Origin: Naegleria gruberi
Lineage: Eukaryota
NCBI GenBank assembly: GCA_000004985.1
Contig: GG738905.1
Length of the DNA: 64,000 nt
Strand: one strand, 5' to 3'
Shown here piece by piece: positions 57,646 to 64,000 of the stretch (within the stretch, counting starts at the first letter, position 1; the number at the start of each line of letters is the position of its first letter). Both the position numbers and the translations under genes were made by a program. The notes below the pieces were generated by a model that was given only the letters and a program-made list of their open reading frames with translations, was not told the origin of the DNA and did not search any database.

Positions 57646-58260
57646 GGTTGTGTTTTTTTGTTAAGTGAAAAAAGCCAAAGGTAAAACCTTTTGAACTAGT
57701 TGAAACCAGTTGTTGGATTCGAGGAAAGTCAGTCATTTTTTTCGTTTAAACCCCACTTGATAACCTCTTACTATTTCAAGCAATTATGCCCCTTGTCGCT
57801 TTTGACTTGTAGATAATATTGGTGTCAAGAATCGAAGTGGACACAAACATGTAAGAGGTAGGTGTGACTATGAGTCTCTTCTTTGAGAAAATCTAACGCA
57901 ATGAATGCTATTTTGAACGTTACTTGGTGTTATCTGCTCTGAAATTCAAAATCCAAATTTGTAAACAATCATCAAAGATAATAAAATATTATTTTCATTG
58001 TCTCGGAGTAACTGAAAGTTGGTCTCATGATTGGTGTGGTGCTTCCAAAGTAGTTGATTTGCATCATTGTATCATTTTCGAATCCATCAACATGTGCAAC
58101 AAATTGATGCCAATGCCAGACCTATTGCATCTCGTGAATGAGTTGATGAAACATCTCATATTGAGTGTTATCAAAAGAACCTGTTCATCACCCAAAGTAT
58201 TGGAAATATTCAAAGTAGCAAGAGGAACCACTATTTGAAAATTCGTTTCATATTCAAAAT

Positions 58261-58700
58261 TTCAAGAATATAAGCTGCGGATTAAACAATTGTGTATGAT
58301 TTGCATTTTTTAAAATCAAAAGAACATGTTTTGGCGGGAAGCTTGGTAATTGGTTTATTGGACTAAATTTCACGCAATAAATCATCTTCATCAGGAGATT
58401 CATCTAGCCACTGAGATTCATCTACCTTATTCCTTTTTTTTTNNNNNNNNNNNNNNNNNNNNNNNNNNNNNNNNNNNNNNNNNNNNNNNNNNGCGGATTA
58501 ACAATTGTGTATGATTTGCATTTTTTTAAAATCAAAAGAAAATGCTTTGGCGGGAAGCTTATTGGACTAAATTTCACACAATAAATCATCTTCATCAGGA
58601 GATTTACTTGTTCATTTGGAAATTCATCGAGCCACATCAGTTCTGAGGTTGGAGACAACTTGGGAACCTGTGGTGCTGCAGTCTCTCTACCTTATTACTT
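58261..58700. repeat. Local tandem duplication of about 180-230 bp flanking a scaffold gap, immediately 3' of the tRNA-Asn gene.
   Basis: 58261..58443 (gcggattaaacaattgtgtatgatttgc ... ctaccttattcctttttttt) is repeated at 58493..58700 (gcggattaacaattgtgtatgatttgc ... ctaccttattactttttttgtg) with a few indels. Confidence 0.7.
58444..58492. other. Assembly gap of 49 N.
   Basis: A run of N. Confidence 0.95.
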
Positions 58701-58733
58701 TTTTTGTGTTTGGATTCTGTCATAAAAAGGTAA

Positions 58734-58805
58734 ATATCAGGGAAGGAGTTGAACCTCCGCCGAATCGTTAACAGCGACTCATGCTTACCACTACACTACC
58801 TGAAA
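58734..58805 (-). tRNA. tRNA-Asn (anticodon GUU), 72 nt. It may be slightly degenerate, with one U-U mismatch at acceptor pair 2-71.
   Basis: Minus-strand sequence TTTCAGG TA GTGT AGTGGTAA GCAT G AGTCG CTGTTAA CGATT CGGC GGAGG TTCAACT CCTTC CCTGATA T. This gives U8, A14, G18G19, A21, a T-loop TTCAACT with G53/C61, U33 and A37. A T-rich run (CCTTTTT), Pol III terminator-like, follows. Confidence 0.6.
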
Positions 58806-59090
58806 TACCCCATCAAAGCTCTAAAAATTCTGAGCTAATTGACAAATTTAATTTTAGTACTGAGAGTTCCATTTGCAGAATTTAATAAACTTACTTTAAA
58901 TTGCCAAGTGTATTAAGAAACGAACAAACTAGACTGTTACAGGGCAGAATTCGGTGCTGTATCTTTGCAATTGTTGATGTCAAGAAGCTAAAATATATTT
59001 GGTAAATCACTCTTTACCTTACAGAATGCTGGAATGACTTGTTATAAAATATTAAATTAAAAGATATTCGAAATATAATACATTTTATGG

Positions 59091-60107
59091 TTATCTTCTT
59101 ATTAAAGGTAAAGTTGTGGCAACTTTTTCGTCCAATTCCCTTTCGTCATCATCGTCTTCATCACATTTCTTTTCCTTAACATTGATACGATCAGGAGTAC
59201 TTGGAGTGGAGGATGTGGATGGCACTGAACTTGGTTGCTTCTTGGCAAAAACAACTTGAACGAGACCCATAGTAATCTTATAGAACCAGAAAATATTTAA
59301 AATACAAATTGAACCAATCATTAGAGTTACAAGAATAATCCAACCAAGTGGGAATGAACACCAAGTTTCAGAATCTTCCCAAACCAAATGTGGTATGTAA
59401 AAGCAGAATGAAATTCTAACAATACCGAATGTCAACCACATCAAGATGCCATTATAAGCATATAATTTGGAATCTTTCATATTGCATTTAGAAAAGAAAT
59501 ATCTTTGATTCACAAAAGGTGTAGAAATTTCAGTAAACATCATGATAACCATCAATACTATGCATTTTTCCCAGACAGCACTTCCAAGCAATGCAACTAT
59601 TGAAATAGAATGGTGGAGAACTGTTTCCATACCTCCCAGGTGAGGATAATTTCTTGCAACAATGTACAAGTCATATAAAAAGTAGCCAACACAATAGCCA
59701 ATCAAGAAAATGCATGAACGATCGGAAAGTGACAAAATTCCAACGTTAGGGGATGGCAGATAAACAAATACGATACAGTACAATGAAATTAGTGAAGAAA
59801 GAATTGCATGAATATTAGAAACAATTCTACTATTCCATTCTCTTCTTTCTTTTTCCTCGCCAAAAATCTTCTTCTTAAAAGTAGTGCTATATTTCTTTGA
59901 AAACCAATCTGATCCGTAAGCATACATTAGAGAGTGAAAGATTAAACTCAAAACACTCATCACAGGAAGTAATAAACCAAAATTCTGAGGAGGATGGTCT
60001 GGTGTTGAGAAAACACCCTCGTTGACATACCAACTCCATCTATTAACAAAACTACTTAATAATCCATTCTTACTATCGATAAATCCACAAACTGCTGCAG
60101 AAGACAT
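59091..60107 (-). CDS. TLC-domain (TRAM/LAG1/CLN8; TLCD/TMEM56-like) polytopic membrane protein, 338 aa, single exon.
   Basis: There are six or more TM helices. The conserved HH is in METVLHHSISIVALLG. An acidic C-terminus ends KKCDEDDDDERELDEK. Confidence 0.6.
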   Translation of the reverse strand: MSSAAVCGFIDSKNGLLSSFVNRWSWYVNEGVFSTPDHPPQNFGLLLPVMSVLSLIFHSLMYAYGSDWFSKKYSTTFKKKIFGEEKERREWNSRIVSNIHAILSSLISLYCIVFVYLPSPNVGILSLSDRSCIFLIGYCVGYFLYDLYIVARNYPHLGGMETVLHHSISIVALLGSAVWEKCIVLMVIMMFTEISTPFVNQRYFFSKCNMKDSKLYAYNGILMWLTFGIVRISFCFYIPHLVWEDSETWCSFPLGWIILVTLMIGSICILNIFWFYKITMGLVQVVFAKKQPSSVPSTSSTPSTPDRINVKEKKCDEDDDDERELDEKVATTLPLIRR

Positions 60108-61823
60108 TTTACAATATATTGGACGTTATAGTCAGTCAAGAACGAGAGGATTAAATTGATCAGGAGAATAGAACTGATTCGGAAAATCTCTAAAGATCAA
60201 CCAATATATATTCAATACTACCACTACAAATGAGAGTGTAATTGCACACAACGAGCTTGCACTTCTAGAAAGCTTGTTGTTATTGTTGTGAAAGCAGAAG
60301 AATATTCTCTGTTGCAACTTTTTTCAAAGGCTTGCTGAAAAAAAGTGAAGTGAATTTTTTTTTGAGTCGAAACAGCCCAACAACTTTCGGCTGTGTGGTC
60401 ACCACTCGCATTCGAAACAAGGAAGAAAAGCTTTGATTTTTTGCATGGTCGATTTCCGCTACCTTCAGATGAGACGCAAAAAAGATTCGATCTTATTCGA
60501 AGAGGATCACCGTCAATTTGTCAAGTTTCAACTGTCAAGATGATCTATTCGAATCCATTTTTGAAAAAAATTAAAGCATTACTATTATTTAAAACATGAT
60601 AATATTATTATTGGCGAGTTGGTAGATTGCTGATCAACAAGATTGGAGTGGTTGATTGTCAAAAACCGTAATGTAGTTTGTTGTGGAAATGTTGAAAAAT
60701 ATTCGAATCGTGAGTTGGAAGAATCTCAGTTTAGTTGAAAGTTCGTAAAAGTTCGGAATATACTCTCCATTCCAACACAGAAACACTTGGGTTTTGTAAT
60801 GGAAATAATTTTCTTCTTTTTTCATGAAGCCTCATCTATGCCCAAATCGGGAATTGAATATTTATTGTTATTATTATTTTATTATTGTGGAGTGTTTTAT
60901 ACACTGTGTAAGAGGAGATGAAACAATTACTGTACAAATATCTTGTAATTATTGATGAGGAGAAACAACATCCTTCTCCGCGGAATAAACCAAGAATCAA
61001 ATAATTTACAAAAAAAAAATAAACAACAACAACTTCATCAAGAAGAGGGTTCCATCATCAACACATGCTTCTAAGTAATCACTGCGACTTCCAAAGTAAA
61101 ATCCTTCCGATCCTTTGCAGCAACAATTAAAGCACTAGGAGTTAGTGGGATTGGAAGTAAATGTTTGTCTACAAAAATCGTCAAACTAATTTATTTTGAA
61201 TAATAGCATCACCAAACTGTATCCATCTTCTTTTAGCTTTTGATTTCTATTGTCTATTAGCTTTATATCTTGTTGGTGTTTGTTGGCTTGTTTATACTAT
61301 CATTTCCAGACATGTGGAGATTCAAATGTATTGTCATCACTAATTCATAACAATTTGAAATGACTACCAAGTGATTACTTACTATTATTCATTGGATTGA
61401 TAGAGAATATTTTGAATAAGGTTTACCATAGTATTTGGAATAGGATTGTAATAATTTGATTGATATTACTTCTGCTACCATCATAATTGTTTTAACATTC
61501 ATCACCACCAATCTAATCTTTGATTGAGTAGAATTGTCATCATCTAATATACTTCTGTGTACTCAATAAAAGGAGAATACCTCTACTCATCATCACTACT
61601 GATATTTATCATCATTTTGGAATATTTCAATTATAGTAACTGGGCTACATCTCACCAATAGTAATAGTAGTAGTATTGCTTAATGGTGATTCTTCTCGGA
61701 ATGAATAATAGTAGTTTTCTATCATCGGAAAATTCAAACTTCTAATCATCATTACGCTGGAATTCATCATAGTTTGATTAATTTTGAAAATACACTCAAG
61801 TAGTTCATCATCCTCCAAACTTT

Positions 61824-62100
61824 CTAATTTGATGAATTAGAGAACCCAAAACTGACATTATAATTTTGTGAATCGAGTGGATTAGGCTCAAGCATAAGGA
61901 ATAGAACACCAACAAAGAAATCCTTCAATCCCATAGTTGGTTTGAATAAATACCGCAAGTTCAAATCCACCAAACCATTTTCATCAATATTCGGATGCCA
62001 AATTCTAGTTTTACAAATAATGTTAGGTGCTTTATGAGGATATTCATGAGGAATGATCAATTCAAATTCACGTGGATGATTCTTCCATATTCCTTCACTT
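61824..62100 (-). CDS. Ubiquitin-conjugating-enzyme-fold protein lacking the catalytic cysteine (UEV/AKTIP-like). Only the 3' exon or exons are seen; upstream exons are unresolved.
   Basis: PSEGIWKNHPREFELIIPHEYPHKAPNIICKTRIWHPNIDENGLVDLNLRYLFKPTMGLKDFFVGVLFLMLEPNPLDSQN aligns with the UBC core (...YPFKPP.V.F.T.IYHPNI...G.ICLDIL...W.P......VL.SI.SLL.EPNP.DPLN). D occupies the position of the active-site C. Confidence 0.45.
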
Positions 62101-62633
62101 GGAATTACAACAAAAACAAAACAATGGTAATAGTAATCTTATCCAATTGATTTAGGAGTGGTTTCTATTTTTTTGTAATTAAAACGATGCATAGCCAATC
62201 GAAGGACGGAAGATTTTTTTTCAAAGAAAATGGTGTGTAAATTTACGCAAGCCAAATTTTCTTAGGAAGACAGTTAATAAGATGAATGTATTTAATAGAT
62301 GGAAACATAATATAAGAAAGAAAGATAATTATAATATGTAGCAATACACTGATAGAATAGTTTTGTCTTTTTTTATCGCTTCAACTGCTTTATTATTTGA
62401 GAAAATCAATAAACATAGGCGCTGAATTTTTTTCTCACTGATTCTGAGCTTTCGGCAAACGTTCGGCAAGAATGATTTGGAAATTTTGAAATTGGAAATT
62501 GTTCTACACATGTTTTATAATATATTGCAGACTGTATGTTCCATCGGCATGAAAGATGGTTTACAACGAACTGTTCAAAATATTGATATGTTTTTTTAAT
62601 TATAAAATTTATTTTTATTTTCAAAATTAAAAA

Positions 62634-63119
62634 ATGCCAGAAACGGACAATCAGTTAATTTATGATGCTGATTATGATGTTAAAGAAATTTTACCAACAA
62701 TTTTACTTCCCGAGGCAGTTAGTAAAACAATTTTAGGAAGAATTACAAATATTATTAAAATTAAAATTACCAACACAAAAGATGAGTGGAAAGGATGTGT
62801 TTTCCTTCACGAGTTTAGGATGACACATAATCAGCATTTTGAAGGTGATCGTAGAGTAATATTATTAAATAATTTGGGACATATTGAAATGGCCTATCTT
62901 CCCGGAATCATCCAAGAAGATATGTTACGGAAATTGGAAACGGTTTATGAAAATCATAGTACAGATTTTACACATGTTACTCCGATTGCTGGTACATGGA
63001 ATAGATATGGTAACTGCATTAAAGAGTCTAAACGTGCAACAGAAAAGGAAAAGAATATATTATCTGAATTGGCATCTATTTGTGGAGTATTAGTTAAACA
63101 TATTGTATCATCATTTTCT
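62634..63119 (+). CDS. Hypothetical protein, 162 aa or more, truncated by a scaffold gap.
   Basis: The ORF has complex composition and runs into the N-run at 63120. I recognise no domain. Confidence 0.3.
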
Positions 63120-63169
63120 NNNNNNNNNNNNNNNNNNNNNNNNNNNNNNNNNNNNNNNNNNNNNNNNNN
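63120..63169. other. Assembly gap of 50 N.
   Basis: A run of N. Confidence 0.95.
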
Positions 63170-63352
63170 GTAGAAAAATTCTAATTTAAAAATACTATAT
63201 TTCATATATTTTTTTAAAAAAATAATTTATTTTTTAATTTATAGTGAGTTTTACGGACTTTTATTTAATCATTTTACCATTGATTCTTTATGAATTTTAA
63301 AATTTTGAATTGACAATAAATTTTTATTTGTTAAATGCTACATTTTAACTAT

Positions 63353-63889
63353 TTATTTTCTTTTTTTATTCTTTCTTCTTATTGGCTTGACTATTTCTTC
63401 TTCTTCTTCTTCTTCACTCTCTTCCTCTCCATATATTACAATATTTACATTTTCATCTTCTTCTTCTTCATCATCATCATTATTATCATTATAAATTATT
63501 TCAACTCTTTCATCTTCTTCATCTTCTTCAAATTCTTCTAATTCATCTTCTTCATCCTCTTTATCATCATAAATTACAATATCTTCATCTTCTTCTTCTT
63601 CTCCATCATATTCTTCTTCTTCTTCTTCAACTTGTTCATCTCTATCTTTTCTAATTTTTCTAATTTTAATTATTTCAAATACTTCTTCATCTTCTTCTAT
63701 ATTTTCATCTTGTTCATCATAATTTTCATCTTGTTCATCATAATTTTCTTCTTCTTCTTCTAATCCAATTTCTTTTCTCAAATTAATATCATTTAAGGTT
63801 CCATTAATCTTGGCAATATTTAATCTATGAATCATCATTTTCTTTAAATGAGTATTCTTTCTTTCCATTTTAACAATCTCTCTTTCCAT
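63353..63889 (-). CDS. Subtelomeric highly acidic (E/D-rich) protein of 178 aa with a basic C-terminal tail (RRKNKKRK).
   Basis: The ORF reads MEREIVKMERKNTHLKK, then long E/D tracts, then IVKPIRRKNKKRK. The underlying DNA is a GAA/GAT-rich simple sequence, so it may be real or a chance ORF. Confidence 0.35.
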   Translation of the reverse strand: MEREIVKMERKNTHLKKMMIHRLNIAKINGTLNDINLRKEIGLEEEEENYDEQDENYDEQDENIEEDEEVFEIIKIRKIRKDRDEQVEEEEEEYDGEEEEDEDIVIYDDKEDEEDELEEFEEDEEDERVEIIYNDNNDDDEEEEDENVNIVIYGEEESEEEEEEEIVKPIRRKNKKRK

Positions 63890-63918
63890 TCTTTTCTTTA
63901 ATTCTGCTTCAATTTTAA

Positions 63919-64000
63919 TAAATTGAGGGGTTTGGGTTTGGGGTTGGGGTTGGGGTTGGGTTGGGTTTGGGTTTGGGTTTGGGTTTGGGTTTGGGTTTGG
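63919..64000 (+). repeat. Telomeric repeat array at the window end. GGGGTT and GGGTTT hexamers are mixed on the + strand (G-rich strand 5'->3' toward the end).
   Basis: The sequence reads gaggggtttgggtttggggttggggttggggttgggttgggtttgggtttgggtttgggtttgggtttgggtttgg and continues to the last base of the window. Confidence 0.8.

Noticed and set aside
57924-58238. 104-aa plus-strand ORF between the RGS gene and the tRNA
   Set aside because: No recognisable domain and no supporting splice or start context. It may be real but cannot be supported from sequence alone.
63335-63541. Plus-strand ORF of poly-F/I (MLHFNYLFSFF...)
   Set aside because: It is the antisense reading of the GAA/GAT-rich acidic ORF region. 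Pure low-complexity.
63919-64000. Ciliate (Paramecium-like) origin suggested by the mixed GGGGTT/GGGTTT telomere
   Set aside because: Long ORFs of 1000-1500 codons are intact under the standard code. Ciliates with reassigned TAA/TAG would show them fragmented. Introns are 37-280 nt with GTAAGT-type donors, not 20-30 nt ciliate introns.
1-64000. Prokaryotic-type systems (CRISPR arrays, defence islands, operons, toxin-antitoxin pairs)
   Set aside because: No direct-repeat/spacer arrays, no Shine-Dalgarno-style compact operons. The sequence has spliceosomal introns, a telomere and eukaryotic gene families throughout.

Overview
This 64 kb window is AT-rich eukaryotic nuclear DNA, about 30-35% GC by eye, translated with the standard genetic code. 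Genes sit on both strands, mostly with one or two exons, and introns run roughly 37-290 nt with fungal/amoebozoan-style GTAAGT/GTATGT/GTAGGT donors and AG acceptors. Many proteins have N/Q/S/T-rich low-complexity tracts. The right end of the window, 63919..64000, is a telomere-like array mixing GGGGTT and GGGTTT units, so this is probably a chromosome terminus. Three runs of N are scaffold gaps. The content points to a dictyostelid-like amoebozoan or a similarly AT-rich protist or early fungus: a DIRS-type tyrosine-recombinase retrotransposon, hybrid histidine kinase, GPS-7TM receptor, RGS-domain membrane proteins, poly-N/Q proteins. I cannot name a species. The most notable content is: (i) an apparently full-length DIRS-like retroelement at 8543..13240, with gag-CCHC, RT/RNase H/MT-like and YR domains, an unusual A-B...B-A direct-repeat layout, one reading frame open for 3966 nt, and an in-frame stop inside RT; (ii) a large receptor gene that fuses an extracellular region, a GPS autoproteolysis motif, 7 TM helices and a C-terminal RGS domain, plus a second TM-RGS gene; (iii) a divergent kinesin-3-like gene with degenerate ATPase motifs, a >1200-aa coiled coil and a C-terminal PH domain; (iv) a tandem array of four SRC2-like C2-domain genes with P/Q/G/Y-rich tails; (v) a tRNA-Asn(GUU) gene beside a local tandem duplication; (vi) the telomere and a subtelomeric acidic-protein gene. 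No prokaryotic-type systems, CRISPR arrays or rRNA genes are present.
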